A stretch of DNA of 40,515 bases, filler included, from Planctomycetota bacterium (GTDB taxonomy: Bacteria > Planctomycetota > Planctomycetia > JALXBF01): NCBI GenBank assembly GCA_026991575.1. It is 4 parts of 4 records of this genome, joined end to end, with 100 filler letters (N's around TTAATTAATTAA, not from the genome) between each part and the next. Parts side by side here need not be neighbours in the genome. Positions count along the whole stretch, not along the records: positions 20,360 to 30,391 come from JALXBF010000186.1; positions 30,492 to 40,515 come from JALXBF010000187.1; 2 more parts are not named here. One strand, written 5' to 3'. The translations under genes were made by a program, and so were the position numbers. Shown here piece by piece: positions 22,078 to 32,638 of the stretch; positions within the stretch are counted from its first letter, which is position 1, and each line of letters starts with the position of its first letter. The notes under the pieces were generated by a model that searched no databases, was not told the DNA's origin, and saw only the letters and a list, made by a program, of their open reading frames with translations.

Positions 22078-24222
22078 CTATCGAGACCGGTCTCGGCCGG
22101 TTCGCGCCGCTCGGCCCGGCTCCCACCGGAACATCAGATAAACGGCGCGCTCCACTTCGGTGGGATCGCTCGGCAGAACCAGCGCGCGGCCAGCCTCCGG
22201 GTGAGTTCGGTCAAGCAAATCGGTTGCTGCCACAATGACGTCAACGTCGGGGACCGGGTTCCAGGTCACCATTAAGTCCATGACGAAGTACGGCGGCACG
22301 CGCCAGAACGCCACCCGATCGACGTACCGGCCCGTAATCCCGAGCGACAGGCATTCCAGAGGTTGCCAGTTCAGCTGGGCAAACAGCTGATTCCGTGGCA
22401 CCGTGTCCTCGATCTCCCGCTGGCCCAACACGTTCCGCGGACCGGAACGAGCATCGGTGCGGGCAAAGGTGTACGCGGCATAGAGCGAAGCTGTCGTCGA
22501 GAGCTGGTAGCTGGTGGCCAGTTCCACACCGTAGGCCTCGCCCCGCACACTATTGACCAACACCGTCGGTATGTCGAACCCGTAGGGGCGTGGCACAAGT
22601 GGCAGTTCGACTCCGCCCCGGAGCCGGTCGTAGTTGTGGTAGTAAACGGTCACGTCGAGGTAGAGCAGCTCATTTACTTCTGTGCGTGCGCCGGCCTCGT
22701 AGGCCAACAGCTCCTCGCTGTCAAAGTCCGGCGTGCCGAGCACCAGCGGAAAAACCGCTGGACTGATCGCCACGGGTAGCGCGTGCGCGATCAAACCGTC
22801 GTCTGCCCGCGACGGCGTGCGCACGGCCCGCGAGACCGCCCCCCAGAAGACGAGGTCCTCTCGGGGAGTCCAAAGCATCCGCACCGTCGGCTGCACTTCT
22901 AAGCCACTGAAGTCGTTCATCTCCAGCTTGACGCCGCTGGTCAGCGTGAGCAGATCGGGGAGCAGTTGCCAGCTATCCTGCACGAACAGGTTGGCCAGAC
23001 TGTACTGGCGGTCGGGGTCGTGCAGGGCAAAGACGAATCCATCGCCTTCAAACTCGTCCCACGTTGACCGGTAGCCGCCACCGAGGACGAGCCTGTGGTC
23101 GTCGACGAGTAGTTCGTATTGCCAGTCCAGATCGATCGTCTGGCGCTCGTAGCGGTACAACGGCCGGTGTCGGTCTGCGGCGTCGTAGTAGACCTGGATG
23201 GTGTGCTTGCCGATGTCCGGGTCACCGCTACTCCAGCGTGCCAGCAGGTTGCCGCCGTGAACCTCTACGTCCTCGATACGACGGGCGATGAACCATCCCG
23301 GTACGAGCGCGGGTAGCACGTCGCTGAAGCCAGTGATCCCCTGGTACAGATCGCCTTGCACGGTGACGGTGGTCAGATCATCGGGCTCCCAATCGGCCCG
23401 GAAGCCGCCGCGCATCTGGCGCCAATCGTCGTGTTCCTGTCCGATGGGGCTGAAGCCGGCGTCGCGGTCGAATGCCTTCGTGTAAACCCGCAACCAGGCG
23501 TTCTCGCCCAGCGTGGTCCCGTAGCGCAACGCCGTGAATGCGCGCTCCTCGGTGCCGAAGCCTGCCTGCCACAGCACCCCCTGCGTGTCACGCGCGCTTT
23601 TCGTGACGATGTTGATGATACCGTCCACGGCGTTCGAACCCCACACGGACGCGCCCGGGCCACGGATCACCTCAATCCGGTCAATGTCTTCCAGCAGCAA
23701 GTCCTGCACGTCCCAGTAGACCCCGGAGAACAGCGGCGTGTACACCGAGCGGCCGTCGATCTGGAAAAGCAGCCGGGGTGAGAACCTCGTTGCTCCGCCG
23801 CGGATGCCCACGTGCCACAGCGACGAGTTTGGCCGCTGCACGATTAGGCCCGGGACCATGCGGAGCAGGTCGGGCAGGCGGCGGAACGGGCTATGGCGGA
23901 TCATTTCGGAGGTGATGACGTGGATTGCCGCCGGCGTGCGTCGGACGGTGGATGCATGGCGTTCCACGGTGGTGACCGGCTGGTCCAGTGACGGAACCAG
24001 CGCATCCTGTTGGGCCAACTCCTCTAAGTCCATGTCTGCAAGCGCGGCGATGTCACTTGCATCGGCGAGCAGGCCCTCCGCTTCTGCCCCGGCAGAATTC
24101 GCCGAACCGGAAAGCTCGTCCGGAACCGGTGGTGGCTCACCAGCTCGGGTAGCCACAGACAGCAGCAAGGAACAGAGCAGAGTCGCGGCGTACCAGCGTA
24201 TGGAGAAGGTACCCGATGACAT
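22078..24222 (-). CDS. TonB-dependent receptor (plug and beta-barrel)
   Basis: Signal peptide; PAAIHVIT.EMIR, LLRMVPG, IDGRSVY, DIDRIEVIRGPGASVWGSNAVDGIINIVTK plug motifs; ATG 24222 chosen for GGAG RBS. Confidence 0.92.
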   Translation of the reverse strand: MSSGTFSIRWYAATLLCSLLLSVATRAGEPPPVPDELSGSANSAGAEAEGLLADASDIAALADMDLEELAQQDALVPSLDQPVTTVERHASTVRRTPAAIHVITSEMIRHSPFRRLPDLLRMVPGLIVQRPNSSLWHVGIRGGATRFSPRLLFQIDGRSVYTPLFSGVYWDVQDLLLEDIDRIEVIRGPGASVWGSNAVDGIINIVTKSARDTQGVLWQAGFGTEERAFTALRYGTTLGENAWLRVYTKAFDRDAGFSPIGQEHDDWRQMRGGFRADWEPDDLTTVTVQGDLYQGITGFSDVLPALVPGWFIARRIEDVEVHGGNLLARWSSGDPDIGKHTIQVYYDAADRHRPLYRYERQTIDLDWQYELLVDDHRLVLGGGYRSTWDEFEGDGFVFALHDPDRQYSLANLFVQDSWQLLPDLLTLTSGVKLEMNDFSGLEVQPTVRMLWTPREDLVFWGAVSRAVRTPSRADDGLIAHALPVAISPAVFPLVLGTPDFDSEELLAYEAGARTEVNELLYLDVTVYYHNYDRLRGGVELPLVPRPYGFDIPTVLVNSVRGEAYGVELATSYQLSTTASLYAAYTFARTDARSGPRNVLGQREIEDTVPRNQLFAQLNWQPLECLSLGITGRYVDRVAFWRVPPYFVMDLMVTWNPVPDVDVIVAATDLLDRTHPEAGRALVLPSDPTEVERAVYLMFRWEPGRAARTGRDRSR

Positions 24223-24697
24223 GCCTGTCAGCTCCGTACTACAGCTCCCCCTGCGAAGTCCTCGCTGACCGCCGCCCTGAGCCGATCGTGTCACAATGGC
24301 GTCGGTCACGTGAACTGTCCTCGATCGCGGTTGGCGATCACAGCCCTGGTGCGTTGGCGAGCCGCGGCGTCCTTGCCGGGCGAGCCAGGTTGCGTTGGGC
24401 CTTATTGATACGGTTCGGCCGCGCCGGTGGGCCGGCTTTAACGCCTGTGACGGCAGTAGGTTCCACAGCGTGGGCCAAAGTCAAAACGGGATTCGTGTGC
24501 TAATGTTTGATGGGAGGACAAAACGATGAGAGCAGCGTAGGGTTCTCGCTCGCCCTTGGCCGTCTGGGAACAGTCCGTACCGACGTGCTGTTGTCCCAGC
24601 GGAACCGCTCTGCCGGTGACAGCGGTATCACCGCGAGCACTGTTGGCCATGGTACGCGTAGGAAGGGGCCAATCCGCCTGGACACACGGAGCGACGC

Positions 24698-25300
24698 ATG
24701 GGTCGTAGCCACCCCACCCATTGTGCCGTGTTCGTGCTAGGCTTGTTTGTCGTCGCCGCAGGAACGAGCGGGGCGGGCAATGAAGCCAGGCAGGGCTATC
24801 GCGACCGAACTCCCGCTATCAAAGCCGCCTACCTCGTGCAGTTTGCGCGGTACGTGTGGTGGCCAGTGGCAGGAAAGGAAAACGGGCGTGCTCGCCTGGA
24901 CCGGGTGCACATCCTGGTGGTGGCCGCCCCGCGCGTTAGCAACCAGCTGAGCCGACTGGCACAGCTCACCAGCCTGCCGGTACGTCCTGCGGTGCGATAC
25001 GCGGAGAGTCTCACCAGAGTGACCGCGTCCGATGTGAGCTGGAGTCACATCGTGTACGCGCCCGATCCGGCTGTGGCTCGCCTGCTGGCCGCAGCCCATC
25101 CCGGCAGGCCGATTCTGCTGGTAACCGACGGCCGAGGCAGCACTCGCTCCGGCGCCGCCATCGCCTTCTACTTGAGCGAGAACAAGGTGCGGCTGGAAAT
25201 CGCACCGCACAACGCGTCGCGCCGCGGTCTAGAGCTGAGCTCCAGGCTGCTGCGTGTGGCCGGTGCGATCCGTCGCAACGCCGGAGAGACGCCACGATGA
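24698..25300 (+). CDS. YfiR family (DUF4154) periplasmic protein
   Basis: [37 protein letters not shown]...[15 protein letters not shown]; overlaps the kinase start (ATGA). Confidence 0.85.
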   Translation: MGRSHPTHCAVFVLGLFVVAAGTSGAGNEARQGYRDRTPAIKAAYLVQFARYVWWPVAGKENGRARLDRVHILVVAAPRVSNQLSRLAQLTSLPVRPAVRYAESLTRVTASDVSWSHIVYAPDPAVARLLAAAHPGRPILLVTDGRGSTRSGAAIAFYLSENKVRLEIAPHNASRRGLELSSRLLRVAGAIRRNAGETPR

Positions 25301-27738
25301 GGTTCGTCGGGAGCCTGAGCATCCGGATCAAGATCGTCGTCCTAGCGATCACCTGCGTGCTGACCGCGCTGCTCTGCGCTGCCGAAGTGATGCGTGTGGT
25401 TCAGGCGCGGCTCATGGACCGCTTCTTCCGGGACCACCTGCGGTCCGCCTGTCAGCTTGTCGCGCCACAGCTGATCGCAGCCCTCCAGTTCGACAACCAT
25501 GTGGCCCTGCGCGATGACCTGTGCATCCTGCTGCGCACGCCTGAAATCGTGCGCGCGGCCGTCTACGACCAGACCGGACGACTTATCGCAAGTTGCCGGC
25601 AGCGTCGCTCCAGCGGGGAGAACACGGAATCGCTGGTACGGTTTCGCTACCCGCTCATCGACGAAGGCATAACGCTGGGCGTGCTCGAAATAATCGCCTC
25701 AGAACGCCGCATCGCAACGCTTCAGCGTCATGTAGGCCTGGTCAGTTTGGTCGTCTTTGGCACGGCCGTCACGGTCTGCGCCGTCGTCCTCTTTCTGGCC
25801 CTCGGCTACGTCACGCGACCGCTCAAGAAACTGGTCGACGCAATTCGCCGCGTCAGCGCGACGAAAAACTATGCCATCCGGATCGAAGAACCCCGGACCG
25901 GCGACGAACTGGGCCAGCTCTGCGCCGCGTTCAACGATATGCTCGCGCGTGTCGAGCAACGCGACCGGGAGCTGGCCTACCACCGCGACAACCTCGAGCG
26001 GCTGGTTCGCGAGCGAACCGAAGCACTGAACCGTAAGAACCGGCTGCTGGCGCGGCGCACGCAACAGGCAATGGCCGCTTCCGTGGCCAAGAGCCAGTTC
26101 CTGGCGAACATGAGCCACGAAATCCGCACACCGATGAACGGCATCATCGGCATGTGCGAGCTGCTCCTTCAGACCGACCTCTCGCCCGAACAGCGCGAAT
26201 ATGCCGAGACCGTCTACAGCTGCAGTCAAGTGCTCCTGGCCCTGCTGAACGACATCCTCGACTTCTCCAAGATCGAAGCCGGAAAGCTAACCCTGGAACA
26301 GGTCCCGTTCAGCTTGTGCGAAGTGATCGACACGGCAATCCAGACCATTGCCGCCAACGCACACCGTAAGGGCCTTGACTTCAGTTGCAGCGTAGACCCC
26401 GAACTGCCCGAGTACCTCGTGGGTGACCCCGGCCGCGTGCAACAGGTGTTGATCAATCTGTTAGGCAATGCCGTTAAGTTCACCGACACCGGCCAGGTCC
26501 GGCTGACCGTCACCTGCACCGCCCGACAGAACGACACGATCTGGGTGCACATCACCGTCTCGGATACCGGTATCGGTATCCCGCGCGACCGGCTGAATGA
26601 GATCTTTGATGCATTCAGTCAGGCCGACGGATCGACCACGCGGCGGTTCGGCGGTACCGGACTCGGCCTCGCAATCTGCAAGCACCTGGCGGAGCTAATG
26701 GGCGGCAAAATCTGGGTGGAAAGCACGGTCGGCAAAGGCAGCGATTTTCACGTCGTCCTGCCGCTGCGTGTGGCCGAACAGCGGCCAACTCCGGCCCCGC
26801 AGCCGCTGGAGGATGCCAAGCTCGACGAGCGTTTGAAGGGCGCTCGTGTGCTGATCGTCGACGACCAGGAGTTCAACCGGTTGTACTACGAAACGATTTT
26901 CCGACGTTGGGGCAGCCTGCCGGAGTGTGCCGCGGACGGCGCCGGTGCGTTGAGATTGCTAGAAGACGCGGCCCAGGCAGGAAAGCGGTTCGATCTGGTG
27001 CTGATGGACCGCCGCCTGCCGGACACGGACGGTTTAGAGGTCATCGAACAGGCTCACAAACAGAAGCTGCTCGAAGGCGCCACGATCATCCTGGCAACGT
27101 CAGCGGACCGGCTAGTCGATCACGCGATGCTGGAACGACTCCGCATCGGTCGCGTGCTGGTCAAGCCGTTTACGCACCGCAAGCTACGGGGCGTGCTCCG
27201 CGAGCTGCTTGGCGCGTCCACCGCGAAACCCGCCACGCAGGACGCAGCAACCGATCACCTACCGAAGCTGCGCATCTTGGTTGCCGAAGACAACCCGGTT
27301 AACCAGCGGCTCATGCGTCGGATCCTGGAGAAAGCCGGCCACGAAGTGATCCTGGCAGGCGATGGTCGCGATGCCGTGGAACAGTACATGGCCCGGCCGG
27401 ACGAGATCGACCTTATCCTCATGGACGTCCAGATGCCGCGCATGAACGGTCATCAGGCAACCGCCTGCATCCGCGAGCTCGAGGCAGGCACGGGGCGCCA
27501 CGTACCGATCATCGCGCTAACCGCGCACAGCATGGCCACCGACCGCAGCATGTGTCTGACTGCGGGCATGGACGACTACCTGTCCAAGCCAGTCCGATCG
27601 GATCAGCTCTTCGAGACAATCCGCCGCCACATCCAGCAGCAGCGGCGCGGGGATCAAGGAACCCAGGGGGGCAAACGGACCGGCCCACCGCCACAGCCTG
27701 CCGCCCGCGTGTCGGCCGGCGCGGCCGTTGAACGGTAG
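25297..27738 (+). CDS. Hybrid sensor histidine kinase (2 TM, HAMP, HisKA, HATPase, two receiver domains)
   Basis: [43 protein letters not shown]; receivers LIVDD..LMD..KP and LVAEDN..LMDVQMP..SKP. Confidence 0.95.
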   Translation: MRFVGSLSIRIKIVVLAITCVLTALLCAAEVMRVVQARLMDRFFRDHLRSACQLVAPQLIAALQFDNHVALRDDLCILLRTPEIVRAAVYDQTGRLIASCRQRRSSGENTESLVRFRYPLIDEGITLGVLEIIASERRIATLQRHVGLVSLVVFGTAVTVCAVVLFLALGYVTRPLKKLVDAIRRVSATKNYAIRIEEPRTGDELGQLCAAFNDMLARVEQRDRELAYHRDNLERLVRERTEALNRKNRLLARRTQQAMAASVAKSQFLANMSHEIRTPMNGIIGMCELLLQTDLSPEQREYAETVYSCSQVLLALLNDILDFSKIEAGKLTLEQVPFSLCEVIDTAIQTIAANAHRKGLDFSCSVDPELPEYLVGDPGRVQQVLINLLGNAVKFTDTGQVRLTVTCTARQNDTIWVHITVSDTGIGIPRDRLNEIFDAFSQADGSTTRRFGGTGLGLAICKHLAELMGGKIWVESTVGKGSDFHVVLPLRVAEQRPTPAPQPLEDAKLDERLKGARVLIVDDQEFNRLYYETIFRRWGSLPECAADGAGALRLLEDAAQAGKRFDLVLMDRRLPDTDGLEVIEQAHKQKLLEGATIILATSADRLVDHAMLERLRIGRVLVKPFTHRKLRGVLRELLGASTAKPATQDAATDHLPKLRILVAEDNPVNQRLMRRILEKAGHEVILAGDGRDAVEQYMARPDEIDLILMDVQMPRMNGHQATACIRELEAGTGRHVPIIALTAHSMATDRSMCLTAGMDDYLSKPVRSDQLFETIRRHIQQQRRGDQGTQGGKRTGPPPQPAARVSAGAAVER

Positions 27739-27773
27739 CTTCTTCCCCTCCAGAACCAACCCAGCCCGTAGGC

Positions 27774-28244
27774 CTAGTCAAATGGAAGACCCTCGAGCAC
27801 CGCGTCGGAGACCGGGCCGGTGCTCCGCAGCGTCAGCCGGCGAGCGTCCTCGGGCAGGTATGTCAGGGTCAGCCACAGCGTGTCCGGCGGGAGCACCTCG
27901 TGCACCCGATCGGCCCACTCGACGGCCGACACCCCCGCACTCTCAAAGAGCTCCTCGGCTCCGATTTCGGCAAGCTGTTGCGCAGAGGTCAACCGATAGG
28001 CGTCGAAGTGGTACAGCGGCAGCCGGCCACCCTCGTAGACCTGAAGCAAGACGAATGTCGGACTGGACACTACCGAGGGATCGGGCACTTGCAGTCCTTC
28101 GGCCAGGCCGCGCACCAACACGGTTTTGCCGGCACCCAATGGTCCCACCAGGGCAATGACCAACCCCGGCCGCGCCAGCCGTCCAAGCGAGCGGCCCAGG
28201 GCCTGGGTCTCGGCCGCATTGTGCGTTGTCAGCTCCCGCTCCAC
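27774..28244 (-). CDS. tsaE: tRNA threonylcarbamoyladenosine biosynthesis ATPase TsaE
   Basis: LVGPLGAGKT Walker A, VSSPTFVL, LYHFDAYRL, VEWAD. Confidence 0.93.
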   Translation of the reverse strand: MERELTTHNAAETQALGRSLGRLARPGLVIALVGPLGAGKTVLVRGLAEGLQVPDPSVVSSPTFVLLQVYEGGRLPLYHFDAYRLTSAQQLAEIGAEELFESAGVSAVEWADRVHEVLPPDTLWLTLTYLPEDARRLTLRSTGPVSDAVLEGLPFD

Positions 28245-28267
28245 GGTCGCCGCCTCTCGGTCAACTG

Positions 28268-29176
28268 CTACCGCAGATGGGCGTAGCCGGTCGGCGTCAC
28301 GGACCGGCGCCGCCCGTCTGGCCACTGCAGCTCGACCCCCCGCCCCACCTCCACGTAGCCGACCTCGGTAAGCTGCGCGTCAAAAGGCCAGTCGGCCAAC
28401 AACGCAGGTAACCCTCTCGGCGAGACGGCGGCCAGCAGCTCAAAGTCCTCGCCGTCCGTCAGAGCTCGTTCCAGCGCGTCCGGCTGACCACGTAGCGACT
28501 CCGCCACCGGAATTGCCTCAGCCAGCAGCACGACGCGCACGCCACTGGCCGCGGCCAACCGGTACGCATCGGGCGCAAGGCCGTCGGACAGATCGATGAG
28601 CGCGTGCAGTTCGGCGTGCTCCTTGAGGTATCGCGCTTCGGCAAGCCGGGGGGCGAAGTCCAGGTGCTTTCCGGCAAGACTACCGCCCAATTGGCCCGTC
28701 ACGAGCAACCTATCCCCTGGACGGGCACCGCTTCGAAGCACCGCTCCTCCGGGCTCGACCTTGCCCAGCACGGCGACCGAGACGGCCAACGGACCATCAG
28801 TTCCGACCGTGTCACCGCCCACGATAGGGCATCGATAGTGTCGGGCCCGCTCGGCCAGCCCATCGTAGAGCCGCTCGACCAACGCGTCCGGAACCTCGCG
28901 CGGCAGTGCCAGGCTCACCACAGCAGCAAGCGGCTCGCCTGCCATGGCCGCGATGTCGCTCAGATTAACGCTCAGCGCCTTGCGACCAACGCGTATCGGG
29001 TCGGTTCGAGACAGGTCGAAATGGGTACCGTCGACAAGCATGTCGGAGGCAAGCAGCAGCTCGAACGGACCCAGGCGCAGCACAGCAGCATCATCCCCGA
29101 CGCCACAGCGCACGGTTTGCGACGGCAGCAAGGTGCGCTGAGTCAGCTTTTCGATCAGTTGGAGCTCGCGGAGCAT
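28268..29176 (-). CDS. thiL: Thiamine-monophosphate kinase
   Basis: GVGDDAA, DMLVDGTHF, NLSDIAAMAG, VGGDT, IDLSDGL, GEDFELL. Confidence 0.95.
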   Translation of the reverse strand: MLRELQLIEKLTQRTLLPSQTVRCGVGDDAAVLRLGPFELLLASDMLVDGTHFDLSRTDPIRVGRKALSVNLSDIAAMAGEPLAAVVSLALPREVPDALVERLYDGLAERARHYRCPIVGGDTVGTDGPLAVSVAVLGKVEPGGAVLRSGARPGDRLLVTGQLGGSLAGKHLDFAPRLAEARYLKEHAELHALIDLSDGLAPDAYRLAAASGVRVVLLAEAIPVAESLRGQPDALERALTDGEDFELLAAVSPRGLPALLADWPFDAQLTEVGYVEVGRGVELQWPDGRRRSVTPTGYAHLR

Positions 29177-29245
29177 GAGTGGCCGGCCGGCTGCCGCAGG
29201 TGGTCCGTCGGTTGTATGGCTGCGGCCAATTCTACGGGTGTGGGT

Positions 29246-30391
29246 TCAGCGGGCGGCGAGCCCACGGGAGAGAGGAATCCAAAACTCGCGCACCCGGCCA
29301 CCCCGGATCACCAGTGCCCGTAGCCGGTCGGCCGACTGCACCACCGGTTGACGCAGCACGTAGAGCACGTTGTCATAGCGGAGTGTTTCCCACCGATGCA
29401 GTCCCACCAACATGTCTCCCGGCCGGATGCCGGCTCGGTACGCCGGCCCATCGCGGCGGACAGCGGCCACGAGCATACCGCCGTTCAGCTCTGGCCGGTA
29501 GCGCCGGACCTCTTGGGCAGCCAGCTGGCTGAGTCTCAGCCCGAGCCGATGCCAGACCAACTCCGCGGGCGAGTGGTTCACGCGGTAGTGAACAATCGTC
29601 TGGCGGCCGTTGCGTTCGACAAGCACTGGGACGGTCTGATCGGGCGATGCGCCAAGCCAGGCGCGTTCGAAGTCGATGGCGTGATGGACGTCGATGTCGC
29701 CAACGCGGAGCACGATGTCGCCGGGCTGCAGCCCTGAGGCGTCTGCCTCGTTGCGCACGCTGATCACCTGGACACCACGCTGCGGTCCGTCGGGACCGGC
29801 GCGGTGCGAGAGGTCGACATAGGTAACGCCGTGGCTGAGACCGGCCAGGGCCTCGGGCGACATCAATCGCGCCGCCACCTGCTTGACCTGGTCGATCGGC
29901 AGCGCAAAGCCGATGTTCTGCGCCTCGGCCCGAATGGCCACATTGATCCCGATCACTTCCCCGTAGATATTCAACAGCGGGCCACCGGAATTGCCGGGAT
30001 TGATCGAAGCGTCGGTCTGGATGAGGTCGTGGTAGGTGAGGGTGTCGTTCAGCTTTACGGTGCGGTGGAGTTGGCTGATGATCCCCGTCGAGACGGTGTG
30101 GGAGTAGCCATAGGCATTGCCGATGGCAATGACCGGCTCACCGACCATCAGGTCACTTGACGTGCCAAGAGCGATGGGTGTGAGCCGTTCGGCCGCGTCG
30201 ATCTTGATGATGGCCAGATCATGGCTGCGGTCGACGCGGATGACGCGCGCGGTGTACTCGCTGCCCGAAAGCAGCCGGACCCGTAGCTTCTCCACGCGGT
30301 CCACGACGTGGGCGTTGGTGAGGATGTAGCCGCGGTGGTCGATGATGACGCCGGTGCCCATGCCGTTGACGCGCTGGGGTTCGACCACCGA
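29246..30391 (-). CDS. HtrA/DegP-like serine protease with two PDZ domains (5'-partial)
   Basis: GYILTNAHVV, DLAIIKI, IQTDASINPGNSGGPL, two GDI/GDM PDZ segments; runs into the contig edge. Confidence 0.92.
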   Translation of the reverse strand, partial: SVVEPQRVNGMGTGVIIDHRGYILTNAHVVDRVEKLRVRLLSGSEYTARVIRVDRSHDLAIIKIDAAERLTPIALGTSSDLMVGEPVIAIGNAYGYSHTVSTGIISQLHRTVKLNDTLTYHDLIQTDASINPGNSGGPLLNIYGEVIGINVAIRAEAQNIGFALPIDQVKQVAARLMSPEALAGLSHGVTYVDLSHRAGPDGPQRGVQVISVRNEADASGLQPGDIVLRVGDIDVHHAIDFERAWLGASPDQTVPVLVERNGRQTIVHYRVNHSPAELVWHRLGLRLSQLAAQEVRRYRPELNGGMLVAAVRRDGPAYRAGIRPGDMLVGLHRWETLRYDNVLYVLRQPVVQSADRLRALVIRGGRVREFWIPLSRGLAAR

Positions 30392-30491
30392 NNNNNNNNN
30401 NNNNNNNNNNNNNNNNNNNNNNNNNNNNNNNNNNNTTAATTAATTAANNNNNNNNNNNNNNNNNNNNNNNNNNNNNNNNNNNNNNNNNNNN
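30392..30491. other. Artificial contig linker
   Basis: N44-TTAATTAATTAA-N44. Confidence 0.97.
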
Positions 30492-30532
30492 ACCTGCGCT
30501 GGCCATGGGCATTCGTAGGATCGACCGATGCC

Positions 30533-32638
30533 GTGGTGGCGCTCTACGACCTGTGTAACCAACCGCTACCGATCACAAGCGAGCGATTCCGCCGAACCCT
30601 GGCGCACTGGCACGAGCTGTCCGAACGCACTGACCCACGGTTCGCCGGTCCGCCCCCGTTCGGCACCGCTCCGACAGGACCGCGCAAGCCGCCGGTCGCC
30701 CAGCAGGTAAGCCGCAGCGTGGACTTCTTCCTGGGGGTCATCGATCGCCTCTGGGAACGAACCGAGCGCCGCGCCGAGGCGCTGAAACTGGCGGAAATCT
30801 GGTTGGCGCTAACCGGTGACCTGCATCGCGGAATCAGGCTTACGCAGGACTGCGTAGCCGATCCCAAACTGGCAACCAAGCTGCTGGAGCTCCTTCTCCA
30901 GGCTGAGTCGCGCGCCGCTCAGCCAACCGCTGCCGCACTGGAAGCGCTACTCGATTCCGGCCCGGAGCCCGTCGCAGAATTGATCCGGGACGCTCACAAG
31001 CACGGGAGACTTGACCAAATCGAACGGCTGGTCGGTTCCGGAGGCGACAACGGGACGGAGCCAGCAGGGCCGGCACGACGGTTCCTGACAACGATGGTGG
31101 CCGCGGCACGAGGCGACGAAAAGCAGGTCGTAGCGTTCGTCCGATCATTGCGTTCCGTACTGCCTGGCAACGTCAGCACCGCGCAGCGCGCCGCCCTGAA
31201 CATGCGGATGCTGCTGGCTCTAGAGCAAGTATGCCCTGCGGACACGCTGCGCAAGGAGCTGCTGCGCGCGGCAGCTAACGAGGCGGTATTCCGCCTGCGC
31301 ACCGCTCAGCTAGAAGGTAGGCTCTACGGCGAATCAGCCCACGTGTTGCGCCTGCTGCACCGGCTGGCGGACGCAGCACTCCAGGAGGAGCTGCACGCCG
31401 TGTGTCGTGAACTGCTTCCGCTGGTACGCATAACCGTTCAAGAGGGAGACCAGAGTCTACTAGACGACCAGCTGATGTTGCAGATCCTGCGCGACCCTGC
31501 AGCCGCTCGCCTACTTTCCAAGCATCTGCTTCAGCCCGCACTGGAGCAGATCCCAGGGCGAGAGCTGGTTGCCCGTGGGACGTTCAGCCGCTGGCTGCGG
31601 TGGGCCCGAGCAACCATGGGCGAAGAACAACCTCCCGGTATCTCTCTGGCCTTCAGCTTCGCCGACGACGACCGCCTGCAGTTGGTCTGGCAGATCAGCC
31701 CATACCTGGACAGCCAGCCGATCAGCTATGCAACGCTCCAGCGACCCTACTGCCCGCAGTGGCTGAGCCACGTACGTCAGGTCTTCCTGCCGACGGACCT
31801 GGCAGCAGAACCGGACGATCAAACGCTGCTGGTCTTGGAGCAGAGCAGCGACGGCGTCCACTTTGAGCGGTGGCAATCGCTGCCTGCGCGGACCGGCTGG
31901 CGGGAGGATCTCCGAGTTGGCACGACAACCTTATCGCGCAGGCAACGGGGTACACGTTGGCTACGTGCCCGGCTTGTGACGGGGGGCAAGACCGTTGCGG
32001 TCAGCACACCGATCCTTCTGCCCGACAGCGACCGAATGAGCGTGAGCTGGTTTCGCATCGACACGGCGCGCGGCGGAGGCGGTCTGCTGCAAGAGCCGGT
32101 TGCGGCAGCGGCACAAGGGCTGTTCGGAGGATTGGCTGGCCGCAGAGTGGTTCGGCTGGAACCGGGCCTGGTGGCGATCGAATTCCAGCAAGCCGTCTCC
32201 CCCGGCGACTGGCTCGTGCTCAGTTGGTGGATCAGCCAGCCTGACGTTGGAAGCGCGGTGCCGGGCGGACCGCAGTTACAACTGCGCGGCCAACGACTGT
32301 TCGCTTCGCTACAGGGGGGATACGGCAAACTCGTCTTCGAGCAGAGCATCTTTGCCCCAAGCCATCTGCGGCCGCTCGTCGCCCGACTCGGCCTTGGCGA
32401 CGCTGAGCGTCCGTTGCTTTTCTTGCCTGGAACTGATGATAGGCCCACGGCACAGCTCCGCGTCGTCGGAACGCAGTCGCTTGCCCTAGAGGCACGGCGG
32501 TGCCGCGTGGACGAGCGGGCCGTGCTGGCAGCATTGCTCAACGCAGCTGCTGACGTGCGGTCCCAGCAGGCCGAGGCATCGGCCCGCAGACACCCCAGCC
32601 GGAGCCGGCAGCCGGGCGAACGGGAGAAGAGGCAATGA
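30533..32638 (+). CDS. Large hypothetical protein (probably 5'-partial) upstream of moxR
   Basis: 701-aa ORF with GC-rich codon usage; stop overlaps the moxR start (ATGA); no recognised motif. Confidence 0.65.
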   Translation: MVALYDLCNQPLPITSERFRRTLAHWHELSERTDPRFAGPPPFGTAPTGPRKPPVAQQVSRSVDFFLGVIDRLWERTERRAEALKLAEIWLALTGDLHRGIRLTQDCVADPKLATKLLELLLQAESRAAQPTAAALEALLDSGPEPVAELIRDAHKHGRLDQIERLVGSGGDNGTEPAGPARRFLTTMVAAARGDEKQVVAFVRSLRSVLPGNVSTAQRAALNMRMLLALEQVCPADTLRKELLRAAANEAVFRLRTAQLEGRLYGESAHVLRLLHRLADAALQEELHAVCRELLPLVRITVQEGDQSLLDDQLMLQILRDPAAARLLSKHLLQPALEQIPGRELVARGTFSRWLRWARATMGEEQPPGISLAFSFADDDRLQLVWQISPYLDSQPISYATLQRPYCPQWLSHVRQVFLPTDLAAEPDDQTLLVLEQSSDGVHFERWQSLPARTGWREDLRVGTTTLSRRQRGTRWLRARLVTGGKTVAVSTPILLPDSDRMSVSWFRIDTARGGGGLLQEPVAAAAQGLFGGLAGRRVVRLEPGLVAIEFQQAVSPGDWLVLSWWISQPDVGSAVPGGPQLQLRGQRLFASLQGGYGKLVFEQSIFAPSHLRPLVARLGLGDAERPLLFLPGTDDRPTAQLRVVGTQSLALEARRCRVDERAVLAALLNAAADVRSQQAEASARRHPSRSRQPGEREKRQ

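Noticed and set aside
10125..30491. Apparent synteny across segments, e.g. two inverted CRISPR arrays bracketing a 35-kb island
   Set aside because: The linkers are artificial and the contigs are sorted by length (10124, 10035, 10032, 10024 nt), so relative position and orientation carry no information.
30533..32638. Large unknown ORF on the same contig as array 2, considered as a Cas effector
   Set aside because: No RuvC, HEPN, HD, Palm or RAMP motifs seen; it is translationally coupled to moxR and lies 6 kb from the array.
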